Origin: Patescibacteria group bacterium
GTDB taxonomy: Bacteria > Patescibacteriota > Patescibacteriia > JAXHNJ01
Assembly (NCBI GenBank): GCA_043812155.1
Contig: JBDRMK010000011.1
Location: forward strand, 16,111-80,110
DNA length: 64,000 nt
Direction of reading: 5' to 3'
A program made the translations under genes and the position numbers. A model generated the notes under the pieces. The model saw only the letters and a list, made by a program, of their open reading frames with translations, was not told the DNA's origin and made no database searches. Positions 29,498 to 38,423 of the stretch are shown here, one piece after another. Within the stretch, counting starts at the first letter, position 1; every line of letters begins with the position of its first letter.

Positions 29498-31270
29498 TCA
29501 AAATTTATATACGTAAATTGAGTAGCCAATTCTGGCTATGGGGGTGTAGTATTTCAACCAGTTATAGTTTAAAGTGGGGTCAAAAAGGACATTGGCGCTG
29601 ATGACATAGTAGCCTTTTTTTATTCCCGATTCTTCAATCTCTTGGTTGTTGGGCATTCTTAACTCGCCTTTAAGATAATAATGAGTGACCAGGCTCCTAA
29701 AAATATAGGAATAAAAATTGTCAATTTTATTTTTTTCCAGAAAATATTTTAAACGCTTAACATCCTGACTCCAGTCTAAATTTGAATCGGAAAGGATGTT
29801 ATGTCCATTGCTTGATCCTCCGACGGCTTCATTGAAATAGGAAAGATAATAGGGAAAATTATAAAAGCAAATTAATAAATATGTGGTGCCAACAATAACC
29901 GGGATAAAAACATATATTATATTTATCCGGGACTTTTTAAAGATATAATTGAAAGTCCAGGCGGAAATCATGAAAACAAAAGGGTAAATGGGAAATATGT
30001 GACGAACGCCCAGATTAATGTGACTGGTCAGACTCCAAAAAAAGTAGATAAAGGGCGGTACTGAAATAACAAAATAATCAAACGGTATTCCCTCAAAAGT
30101 CTTTCTGAATGATTTTAGACGCCATATTTTTTTTATTAGATAAAATAAAATGAGAAAAATACCGATAAAAAATAAAATAAGGGTGGGAAGAGGCGTTTTT
30201 ACCAGGAAAGCGACAATAAAGTAATACCACCAGCCCTGGTTGCTGGCTTTACCCAAAAGAAAAGAACCATGGCCAAAAGCGTTATGACTGAGAACGCTGA
30301 ATAAGCCCCGCCAATAGGTGTAAGCAGGTACCGGAATTTTTTCCGCAAAACGATAGAGAATTTTCCCGATTGGTTGGTCAGGGCCGCCGTATTTTATCAA
30401 GGGTCGCGTAAAAAATGGTTGGTCTTTTTCCGCGCCGTCTTTAATTACTTCTTCTCTTTCCTGATATAGCCTGACTACCCGAGGATCATCTAACGGTTTT
30501 TTGAATTCAAAAGCGTAAAAAATAAGAGTCAAACACGCCGTTACTAGGAAGTAGACTAGAATAACTTTAAATATTTTCTTAAAGCTTAATTGATTGGCGG
30601 GTCGGCCAAAAAAACGATAAAAGATATATAAAATTAATAAGATAGGTATCAGGATGGCGGCGGAGTATTTGACTAACATGGCGAGAGCGAAAGAAAAAGC
30701 GGCCAAAAACAGGTTTTTTCCGTTTGGTTTTTTTATATAATGTCCGAAATAGTATATACTTAAAAAGAAGAACAAAGTGAGCGGCACATCCGTGGTAACG
30801 AGATGGCTATGAGCGAGGAAATTCGGCGATAAGGCGAATAAAAAAAGAGCAAAAATCCCCGGCCAAGGCCGGCCAAGCAATTCTTTCACCCATTTATAAA
30901 TATAGTAGCCCAGGATTATTCCCAAGATGATGGGAAAAAGTCTGGCCAAGAATATGATTGAATCCGCCGGTTTTGTGTTATGATATAGGAATTGACGGCC
31001 GAAGTCCCATTCGTTATAATTGGCCCAAGATTGATCATTTATGGGAAGATCAAGTCCGTAAAAAAGAAGAGGCACGGCGGACAGAAGCTTGAATAATGGG
31101 GGATGCTCGGGGTTTATCCTAAAGTCGCCGGTTAGCCAGTAGCTGTAGCCGGCCGAGATATGCACGCCTTCATCGATGGTTTGAGAGTCAGTCGCGGCTA
31201 AATACAGATTTATACCCAGAAAAAACGCCAACAATACTATCACGCAAATAATTTCTAATTTTTTTGACAT
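29498..31270 (-). CDS. ArnT/PMT-like GT-C membrane glycosyltransferase
   Basis: 'SQTIDEGVH', 'EHPPLFK', 'HLVTTD', 'LGVRHIFP', 'DSNLDW'; start placed at MSKKLE. Confidence 0.85.
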   Translation of the reverse strand: MSKKLEIICVIVLLAFFLGINLYLAATDSQTIDEGVHISAGYSYWLTGDFRINPEHPPLFKLLSAVPLLFYGLDLPINDQSWANYNEWDFGRQFLYHNTKPADSIIFLARLFPIILGIILGYYIYKWVKELLGRPWPGIFALFLFALSPNFLAHSHLVTTDVPLTLFFFLSIYYFGHYIKKPNGKNLFLAAFSFALAMLVKYSAAILIPILLILYIFYRFFGRPANQLSFKKIFKVILVYFLVTACLTLIFYAFEFKKPLDDPRVVRLYQEREEVIKDGAEKDQPFFTRPLIKYGGPDQPIGKILYRFAEKIPVPAYTYWRGLFSVLSHNAFGHGSFLLGKASNQGWWYYFIVAFLVKTPLPTLILFFIGIFLILFYLIKKIWRLKSFRKTFEGIPFDYFVISVPPFIYFFWSLTSHINLGVRHIFPIYPFVFMISAWTFNYIFKKSRINIIYVFIPVIVGTTYLLICFYNFPYYLSYFNEAVGGSSNGHNILSDSNLDWSQDVKRLKYFLEKNKIDNFYSYIFRSLVTHYYLKGELRMPNNQEIEESGIKKGYYVISANVLFDPTLNYNWLKYYTPIARIGYSIYVYKF

Positions 31271-31643
31271 GTCGATTTTGGAAAAATTAAAAAACTTTAA
31301 TAGAGGGGTTATTTTTAAGAATAAGCATTTTCTCTGGAATTTAGTCGTGAGCGTTTTTTTCAATATCGCGATTTGGGTCTTTCTCTATATAAATATCAAG
31401 CCGCAAAATGATCCGATTATCCTTCATTATAACATTTATTTCGGCATCGACCTAATAGGTTTGTGGTATAAAATTTACCTTATGCCGATTTTTGGTTTAT
31501 CTTGTCTCTTTATTAATTTTCTTCTTTCCGTTATAATTTATAACAAGGAAAAGCTCCTGAGCTACTTTTTTATATATATTTCAAGTTTAATCCAGATTAT
31601 TCTGCTGACAGCTTCAGTATTAATAATATTTCAGAATTTATAA
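31269..31643 (+). CDS. Three-TM membrane protein (DUF1648-like 'LHYN..G.D' motif)
   Basis: 'IILHYNIYFGIDLIG.W'; directly upstream of mraY. Confidence 0.75.
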   Translation: MSILEKLKNFNRGVIFKNKHFLWNLVVSVFFNIAIWVFLYINIKPQNDPIILHYNIYFGIDLIGLWYKIYLMPIFGLSCLFINFLLSVIIYNKEKLLSYFFIYISSLIQIILLTASVLIIFQNL

Positions 31644-31648
31644 TCTAA

Positions 31649-32695
31649 ATGCTAGATTCAAATTTTAACATCATAAAAATTTTCGTCCTGACCACGGTAT
31701 CTTTTGTCGTCACTGTTCTTTGGACGCCTCTTCTGACTCATTACCTTTATAAATACAAACTGGGCAAGCAAATCAGAAATGAAGAGGGGACGCCCATTTA
31801 TGCCAAGATTCACGCCGCTAAATCAGGCACTCCTACTATGGGCGGTTTGCTTATCTGGCTGACCACTTTGTTCTTAATTTTCTTTTTTTGGTTTCTTTCA
31901 CGAATCACGAATATTGAATTTATTGATAAACTGAATTTTCTTTCCCGGCCGCAGACTTTTTTGCCGCTAGTTTCGTTGGTCGCGGCCGCCTTTATCGGTT
32001 TGATTGACGATATTATTGATGTGAAAAGCAAAAATGGCCGGGGCGGCATGCGGGTCAGGGAAAGATTGGTTATTTTTACGATAATTGCCGCGGTCGGCGC
32101 GCTTTGGTTTTATTTTAAATTGGATTGGACGACGATCCATATTCCCTTTGTCGGCAATTTTGATATCGGCGCCTGGTATATTCCGATCTTTATTTTTATT
32201 ATCGTTTCCACCGCTTTTTCCGTGAATGAAGCGGACGGCCTGGATGGCTTGGCGGGCGGCATATTATTAGCCTCTTTTGTCGCTTTTGGCGCCATTGCCT
32301 TGTCTCAAGGCCGGGTTGAACTGGCCTCTTTTTGCGGGGTGATCGCTGGCGCTTTGTTTGCTTTTTTATGGTTTAATATCCCGCCGGCCAGATTTTTCAT
32401 GGGTGATACCGGATCCATGTCTTTAGGCGTTACTTTGGGAATTGTGGCGATGCTGACCAATACGGCTTTGCTCTTGCCGATTATTTCTTTTTTACTGGTC
32501 GTGGAATCTTTATCCGTGATCTTACAGATTTTGTCCAAAAAAATCCGAAAGAAGAAAATTTTTCTTTCCGCCCCCATCCATCATCATCTTGAAGCGATCG
32601 GCTGGCCGGAAGGCAAGATCGTGATGCGGTTCTGGATTATTTCCGCGGTTACGGCCGTGATAGGAATTGTATTATATTTAGTGGATAAGGCTTAG
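31649..32695 (+). CDS. mraY: Phospho-N-acetylmuramoyl-pentapeptide transferase
   Basis: 'KSGTPTMGG', 'DGLDGL', 'FMGDTGS', 'APIHHHLE'. Confidence 0.96.
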   Translation: MLDSNFNIIKIFVLTTVSFVVTVLWTPLLTHYLYKYKLGKQIRNEEGTPIYAKIHAAKSGTPTMGGLLIWLTTLFLIFFFWFLSRITNIEFIDKLNFLSRPQTFLPLVSLVAAAFIGLIDDIIDVKSKNGRGGMRVRERLVIFTIIAAVGALWFYFKLDWTTIHIPFVGNFDIGAWYIPIFIFIIVSTAFSVNEADGLDGLAGGILLASFVAFGAIALSQGRVELASFCGVIAGALFAFLWFNIPPARFFMGDTGSMSLGVTLGIVAMLTNTALLLPIISFLLVVESLSVILQILSKKIRKKKIFLSAPIHHHLEAIGWPEGKIVMRFWIISAVTAVIGIVLYLVDKA

Positions 32696-32723
32696 GCGTA
32701 ATTATTTTTAATTGATATAAAAT

Positions 32724-32978
32724 ATGAAGAAATTAATTATCTCGCAATTTATTTTACTGCTTGCTGGCGTGATTTTTGCCTGGATCAATTTCACAATTGA
32801 GTTGGTAGATTGGCTAAATAAAAGAGTCTGTACCACCGGCTGCAGCGTAGGATTGAAAAACCCCTTTCTTACCCCCTGTTTTTATGGTGCTATCTGTTTT
32901 GCCGTCGCTTTTGTCTTGAGCGCCGTAATTTTGAAAAAATTTCTTAAAGCGAATAAGGAAACACAGAAGCCTGTTTAA
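32724..32978 (+). CDS. Small 2-TM Cys-containing hypothetical protein
   Basis: Two TM helices around 'CTTGC...NPFLTPCFYG'; followed by a terminator. Confidence 0.7.
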   Translation: MKKLIISQFILLLAGVIFAWINFTIELVDWLNKRVCTTGCSVGLKNPFLTPCFYGAICFAVAFVLSAVILKKFLKANKETQKPV

Positions 32979-32998
32979 GGAATAAATACATTTAAGAA

Positions 32999-33065
32999 GG
33001 GCCGTTCAAAAATAGAGCGGCTCTTTTTTAATAAAAAAATGAGCGAACCTTGGAAAGGTCCGCTC
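32999..33065. terminator. Back-to-back intrinsic terminators
   Basis: Plus: GGGCCGTTC..GAGCGGCTC-TTTTTT. Minus: GAGCGGACCT..AGGTTCGCTC-ATTTTTTT. Confidence 0.7.
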
Positions 33066-33093
33066 GGGAAAGATCGAAAACGATAGGTAGGCG

Positions 33094-33384
33094 CTATCTC
33101 AGGAAGATGACGCGATACAGGTACCCATCCGGTGGCTTCTGGTGAAGCGTGAAATAAACGGCTTTTACCGTGTCTTTCAGCTCCGAGGGGATGTGCCGTT
33201 TGATTTCGGCCATCGTCAAGTTGCGCGGTACGGTAATATTGATAGTTCTCAGCGCTGTCAGATCGTATCTGGCAGCCGGCTTTTTCGGTTTACCCGTGGC
33301 GCCTACTTCAAACCAGTAGCCGTCGGAGTTTTCCGAAACCGGTCCTTGCCTGCCTATAAGAAAAGGGGCGACTCTGATCAGCAT
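33094..33384 (-). CDS. Orphan hypothetical protein
   Basis: SD AGAGGAG 5 nt before ATG, TTGACA upstream (33470-33475, minus strand), own terminator. Confidence 0.65.
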   Translation of the reverse strand: MLIRVAPFLIGRQGPVSENSDGYWFEVGATGKPKKPAARYDLTALRTINITVPRNLTMAEIKRHIPSELKDTVKAVYFTLHQKPPDGYLYRVIFLR

Positions 33385-33620
33385 AGCTACTCCTCTCTGT
33401 TTGAGAAACTAATACCTATCTCACGCTTGCCAAATTCTTGATTTATTATATTATCACTTATTATTGATTTGTCAACACCGTTAAAAATTATATATATATT
33501 AACAACAAAAATGTTTATGCAAGCCTTATTTTTATTGCGGTTGACAAAAACGCGTGTATGGCTTAAATTATTTATTATAAATGAGACGTAATTCGTTCTT
33601 TTTTACCAGGAGGTCGGCAG

Positions 33621-34052
33621 ATGAAGATAATATTTGTCATTGCCTTGAGCGTTCTTTTCGTGTTTGCGATGGCCGTTCCGGTTTTGGCGCAGGATATCAA
33701 TTCTCCTGATGTTCGTCAGGCGATTATAAAGCGTCTTTTGAATGACGGTTTTTATCTGGGGAATCCGGGTTTTTCCGACGGTTTGCGGTATATCGAATAT
33801 TTGCCGGATAATCGAATGATTATCTGGGGGTTAGGTGATTTTCGTTACAGCGCGGATAAATCAATTCTTCCTTTGGATGAGCTCACTCCGACCTTTATTG
33901 ATTTATCAGACCCGGCCCTGCGCGTGACCGTGGGCAATGACAACCGTTATCTCGGCCAGCTGATGGATTCTTGCCTGGCCACCGGATATTCGGAAAAATA
34001 CCTGAAAGGTGACACTTTTTGGCAACTTGAAGGCCAGCGCAAAAAGCCGTAA
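33621..34052 (+). CDS. Orphan secreted protein
   Basis: SD AGGAGGT, signal peptide ending 'VPVLA|Q', promoter TTGACA-17-TAAATT at 33541-33569, terminator at 34078-34106. Confidence 0.75.
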   Translation: MKIIFVIALSVLFVFAMAVPVLAQDINSPDVRQAIIKRLLNDGFYLGNPGFSDGLRYIEYLPDNRMIIWGLGDFRYSADKSILPLDELTPTFIDLSDPALRVTVGNDNRYLGQLMDSCLATGYSEKYLKGDTFWQLEGQRKKP

Positions 34053-34077
34053 TCACGGCCAGACAAAGTGATATCAT

Positions 34078-34106
34078 AAGCCCTGTCGTCTGATGGGGCT
34101 TTTTTT
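34078..34106 (+). terminator. Intrinsic terminator
   Basis: AAGCCCTGTC..GATGGGGC followed by T7. Confidence 0.7.
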
Positions 34107-34177
34107 AATCTTGACCTTGCCCTTCGCGAAGAGTGAAGTTGGAAAAAACCGGATTTTTTGTTATAATAACGTTAATT

Positions 34178-35569
34178 ATGTTAGATTTTCATAACCTAAA
34201 AAACAAAAAAGTCCTGGTCATGGGTCTGGGCCTGCACGGCGGGGGCGTTTCCGTGGTAAAATGGCTGGTTAAACAGGGGGCGAAAGTCACGGCCACGGAT
34301 TTAAAAACGAAAAAAGACCTTCTACCGTCTTTAGCCAAACTAAAGGCTTTTAAGGTAAAATATGTATTAGGCAGACATAATGTAGAAGATTTTAAAAAGG
34401 CGGATTTAATAATTCAAAATCCCGGCGTGCCGGCTGACTCGAAATATTTAACTATCGCGAAAAAGGCGGGCGTGCCCATTGAAAATGAGGCGACTCTTTT
34501 CTTCAGGCTTTGCCCGGCCCGCATATTGGCTGTTTCCGGCACCAAAGGCAAAAGTTCTTTGGTTTCTTTGCTTTTTCATGTTCTTAAAGGAAAATATAAA
34601 GATACGGTCATGGCCGGCAATATCCGCGACGTTCTGATGCTTGATGTGTTGCCAAAAATAAAAAAGACGACCAAGGTTATTCTTGAATTATCATCTTTTC
34701 AGCTGGAAGGCCTTGAACATTTAAAAAAAAGTCCGCATGCCGCTTTTTTTACCAACATCATGCGGGATCACCTGAACCGCTATGGAACGATGAATAAGTA
34801 TATTGACGCTAAATTAAATCTTATTAGATTTCAAAATAAAAACGATTTTGCCATATTAAACGCCGATAATGTCTATACCCGTCATTTTAACAAAAATACC
34901 AAGGCTAAGATTTTTTGGTTTTCTTTAAAGAAGAAAATAAAACAAGGCGCTTATATAGAAAATAATTGGGCGATTTTCACGGGTGGTAAGAAAAAAGAAA
35001 AGATTTTTTCGTTTGATAAAATTCACCTAGCGGCGGATTACCAGCGGGAACAGTTTCTGGCGGCGGCCATCGCCGGTAAATTGTTCGGCTTGTCAAATAA
35101 AATGATTTATAAAGGCTTAACTAGTTACAAGGGTTTGCACGATCGTTTAGAGTTTTTGGGGGAAATTAAAGGAATCAAGTATTTTAATGATACGGCCGCC
35201 ACCATGCCGGACGCGGCGATTTCCGCCTTAAAAGCATTAGGAAATTTAAAACAGAAAAATATCGTGCTGTTGGCCGGCGGGGCGAATAAGAATTTGATTT
35301 TTCAGGAATTTTGTCGGCTTATTCCCAAATATTGTAAAGGCGTCGTTTTATTTAAAGGTAACGCCAGCGATATTATATCGAGAAAATTAGGACAAAAAGT
35401 AAAGTGGAAAATCGTCAGGAGTATGAAAGAAGCGGTCGGTTTAGCCGAAAAGCGAGCGGCAAAAGGCGATATTATATTGCTTTCACCCGGAGCGGCCAGT
35501 TTTGGCCTATTCAAGCATGAGTTTGACCGCGGCGAGCAGTTTAAAAAATGCGTAAATTTTAAAAAATGA
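34178..35569 (+). CDS. murD: UDP-N-acetylmuramoyl-L-alanine--D-glutamate ligase
   Basis: 'GLGLHGGG', 'NPGVP', 'GTKGKS', 'LELSSFQL', 'DHLNRY', 'LLSPGAASF'. Confidence 0.95.
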   Translation: MLDFHNLKNKKVLVMGLGLHGGGVSVVKWLVKQGAKVTATDLKTKKDLLPSLAKLKAFKVKYVLGRHNVEDFKKADLIIQNPGVPADSKYLTIAKKAGVPIENEATLFFRLCPARILAVSGTKGKSSLVSLLFHVLKGKYKDTVMAGNIRDVLMLDVLPKIKKTTKVILELSSFQLEGLEHLKKSPHAAFFTNIMRDHLNRYGTMNKYIDAKLNLIRFQNKNDFAILNADNVYTRHFNKNTKAKIFWFSLKKKIKQGAYIENNWAIFTGGKKKEKIFSFDKIHLAADYQREQFLAAAIAGKLFGLSNKMIYKGLTSYKGLHDRLEFLGEIKGIKYFNDTAATMPDAAISALKALGNLKQKNIVLLAGGANKNLIFQEFCRLIPKYCKGVVLFKGNASDIISRKLGQKVKWKIVRSMKEAVGLAEKRAAKGDIILLSPGAASFGLFKHEFDRGEQFKKCVNFKK

Positions 35570-36687
35570 GGTATAAAGGCGGACACCAGCCGGATTATTT
35601 TTTGATCACTATCATCGCTCTGATCGTGATTTTCGGCTTGGTCATGCTTTCTTCGGCCAGTTCGGTCACTGCTTTCCAGAAATTCAGCGACGCCAATTAT
35701 TATCTGAAAAAACAGCTGATCAGTTTTGTCATCGGTTTATTCGCGTTCTTTTTCATGTCGAAGATTGATTACCGCTATTGGAAAAAATTCGCCTTTCCTC
35801 TGATGATTGTCACCATCATCTTGTTAATTTCAGTATTTATCCCTGGCATCGGCACCGGACTCTTAGGGGCCAAGCGCTGGGTCACTTTAGGCCCGATTTT
35901 TTTTCAACCATCTGAGATCGTCAAGGTGACATTTCTGCTTTATTTGGCCACCTGGCTGGAAAAAAGAGGGGAAGGGATAAAAGACGTTTCCACGGGTTTT
36001 ATGCCCTTTGCCATTATCTTGGTCATTATTACGATTCTTGTCATGTCTCAGCCTGATCTCGGGACAATGCTGGTTATCGCGATTATCGCTGTCAGCTCGT
36101 ATCTAGTGGCCGGTGCACCCTTGTTGCATATTTTTTGGCTGGGTTTGGGCGCGGCCGGCACCATCGCTTTGCTGATCAAAATCGCTCCTTATCGGATGCA
36201 GCGATTCACCGTTTTTTTAAACCCGGAATTAGATCCTCAGGGCATTGGCTATCATATTAACCAGGCCCTTTTGGCGATCGGCTCCGGCGGTCTTTTAGGT
36301 TTGGGATTGGGTCATTCCCGGCAAAAATTCAATTATTTGCCCCAAGCCTCTTCCGACTCTATTTTTGCCATCATTGCTGAAGAGCTGGGTTTCATATTTG
36401 TCGTTATTCTGATCGGTTTATTTTTAGTTTTTATGTTCCGCGGCTTAAAGATCGCCCGCAGCGCCCCGGATCACTATGGCAAGATCCTGGCCGCCGGTAT
36501 TACCGCCTGGTTTACTTTTCAAGCCTTCATCAATATCGGCGCCATGATCAATGTTTTACCTTTAACCGGCATTCCTTTGCCTTTTATCAGCGCCGGCGGC
36601 ACTGGTTTGGTGGTCTCTTTGGCCGCCATCGGCATTTTAGTCAATATTTCCCGGCAGACGAAAGAAGAGAGAAGTTTTTGGAGATAA
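35566..36687 (+). CDS. ftsW: Peptidoglycan glycosyltransferase FtsW (SEDS family)
   Basis: 'GAKRW', 'FQPSEIVK', 'QPDLGT', 'GIPLPFIS.GG'. Confidence 0.95.
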   Translation: MRYKGGHQPDYFLITIIALIVIFGLVMLSSASSVTAFQKFSDANYYLKKQLISFVIGLFAFFFMSKIDYRYWKKFAFPLMIVTIILLISVFIPGIGTGLLGAKRWVTLGPIFFQPSEIVKVTFLLYLATWLEKRGEGIKDVSTGFMPFAIILVIITILVMSQPDLGTMLVIAIIAVSSYLVAGAPLLHIFWLGLGAAGTIALLIKIAPYRMQRFTVFLNPELDPQGIGYHINQALLAIGSGGLLGLGLGHSRQKFNYLPQASSDSIFAIIAEELGFIFVVILIGLFLVFMFRGLKIARSAPDHYGKILAAGITAWFTFQAFINIGAMINVLPLTGIPLPFISAGGTGLVVSLAAIGILVNISRQTKEERSFWR

Positions 36688-36699
36688 CGCCTTTATTAT

Positions 36700-36861
36700 A
36701 AATCCTCCGCCAGAGGCGGATCCGCCTTGGGCGGAGAAATCCTAAATTCTAAACAATATCTAATGTTCCAAATCACAAATATATTTTTATAGAAACGTTT
36801 AGAGTTTGGAAAATTCGAATTTTGAATTTGTTTTGGATTTTGTGCTTTGTGCTTTGAATTT
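36700..36861. repeat. Heptad-periodic long inverted-repeat element with the same nested 28-nt palindrome as at 11377
   Basis: CAGAGGCGGATCCGCCTTGGGCGGAGAA at 36711-36738; C/A arm followed by G/T arm. Confidence 0.8.
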
Positions 36862-36899
36862 ATTATTGTTTATACGATAAAGTTTATAAGTATTAATTC

Positions 36900-37982
36900 A
36901 TGAGCAACAAATTAAAAATAGTCCTAACAGGCGGCGGCACGGCCGGTTCGGTCATGCCTCTCCTTGCTATCTATGAGGGTTTTAAAAACAGAAATATCCC
37001 GGCGGAGTTTTTATTCGTGGGAACGGAAAAGGGAATGGAAAAAGAATTAGTGAAGACTTATGACATTAATTTTAAAAGTATTTCCGCCGGCAAGCTAAGG
37101 CGGTATTTATCTTTGAAAAATATAACGGATGCCTTAAAAGTAGCGGAAGGTTTTTTTGCCGCCAGGAACATATTAAAACAATTTAAGCCGCAGGCGGTCG
37201 TTTCCGCCGGCGGCTTCGTGGCCGTGCCGGTGATCTGGGCCGCCTATTCCTTAAAGATACCTTGCCTTATCCATCAGCAGGATTTTGAAAAAGGTTTGGC
37301 CAATAAATTGACCCAAAAACCGGCGACTAAGATTACCGTCACTTTTGAAAAATCTTTGCTGGAATTCCCTCGAAAGAAAGTTGTCTTAATCGGTAATCCA
37401 GTTCGACCGGAAATTTTAAGAGGTATCAAGGAAAAGGCTATTAAAATTTTCAGTCTGAAAAAAAATCTGCCTACCCTTTTAATTTTAGGCGGCGGCACCG
37501 GCGCTTTAAAAATCAATCAAGAAATAAATAAAATATTAATTGATTTAGTCGGTTTTTGCCAGATTATCCATTTAACCGGTCAAGGAAAGGGAGTGACGGA
37601 CTTTGAGCATGAAAATTATCATCCTTACGAATTACTGACCGATAAAATGAAGGAAGCATTAGCCGTCGCCGATCTGGTCATTTCCCGGGCCGGGCTTTCC
37701 ACCTTGACGGAATTAGCCGCGTTAGCCAAGCCGGCGATTATTATTCCTATTTTTAAATCGCACCAGGAAAAAAATGCCGCCTATTTTGAAAAAGAACACG
37801 CTGTTTTAGTCATCCGCGAGAATATTCTGCATCACGAGCTTTTATTAACGACTATCAAAGGATTATTATCAAATCCAAATAAATTAAATGAATTGGGGCA
37901 GAATATTAAGAAATTAGACCGGCCTGAAGCTTTGGATAAAATTATTGAAATAATATTAGAAATAAAAAAGCCACCATTTTAG
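36900..37982 (+). CDS. murG: Lipid II GlcNAc transferase MurG
   Basis: 'TGGGTAG', 'GGFVAVP', 'GNPVR', 'ISRAG', 'HQEKNA'. Confidence 0.95.
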   Translation: MSNKLKIVLTGGGTAGSVMPLLAIYEGFKNRNIPAEFLFVGTEKGMEKELVKTYDINFKSISAGKLRRYLSLKNITDALKVAEGFFAARNILKQFKPQAVVSAGGFVAVPVIWAAYSLKIPCLIHQQDFEKGLANKLTQKPATKITVTFEKSLLEFPRKKVVLIGNPVRPEILRGIKEKAIKIFSLKKNLPTLLILGGGTGALKINQEINKILIDLVGFCQIIHLTGQGKGVTDFEHENYHPYELLTDKMKEALAVADLVISRAGLSTLTELAALAKPAIIIPIFKSHQEKNAAYFEKEHAVLVIRENILHHELLLTTIKGLLSNPNKLNELGQNIKKLDRPEALDKIIEIILEIKKPPF

Positions 37983-38007
37983 GGGTGGCTATGGCTTGTT
38001 TTGGTTC

Positions 38008-38343
38008 TTAGGCCAAAAATATCACCCAGGGAACGAGTAGTCCCAGAAGAAAACAGGTAACAAATCTTGGCCATGATCTTGAAATGGCGGAGAAAAAATG
38101 TTCCTGCAGCAGGTAGTAAATAACCAGAGCCGCGCATAGGGAAAAAGTTGGCAATAATGCCACGCTCAGGTTATCATTGGAAAATGCCTCCAGGAGTGGC
38201 TTATAAAGAAAGCGACGCATAATGATTATGCTTATGGCCGTTCCCGCTATGATCATAAGCCAATGGCAAGAAAGTCTGTACACTATGTTTTCCCCGACAT
38301 AGATAACAACTAAAAGCAGAAATATGGGGATAACGATTGGCAT
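38008..38343 (-). CDS. Orphan 4-TM membrane protein, antisense to the dcw cluster
   Basis: SD GGGAGG; hairpin AGCCACC/GGTGGCT plus T run on the minus strand at 37964-37990. Confidence 0.7.
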   Translation of the reverse strand: MPIVIPIFLLLVVIYVGENIVYRLSCHWLMIIAGTAISIIIMRRFLYKPLLEAFSNDNLSVALLPTFSLCAALVIYYLLQEHFFSAISRSWPRFVTCFLLGLLVPWVIFLA

Positions 38344-38423
38344 AATTCTCTTCCTCCCTTGCTTATGGTGTAAAAGATCAAATATTTAATTAACAGCTTA
38401 ATATAGTATTATATATAAGTCAA

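Noticed and set aside
31271-31363. Longer start for the GT-C glycosyltransferase
   Set aside because: It would overlap the opposite-strand gene by about 95 bp; MSKKLE directly precedes the first TM helix.
33142-33441. Plus-strand 99-aa ORF
   Set aside because: No SD or promoter; the minus-strand ORF 33094-33384 has SD, promoter and terminator.
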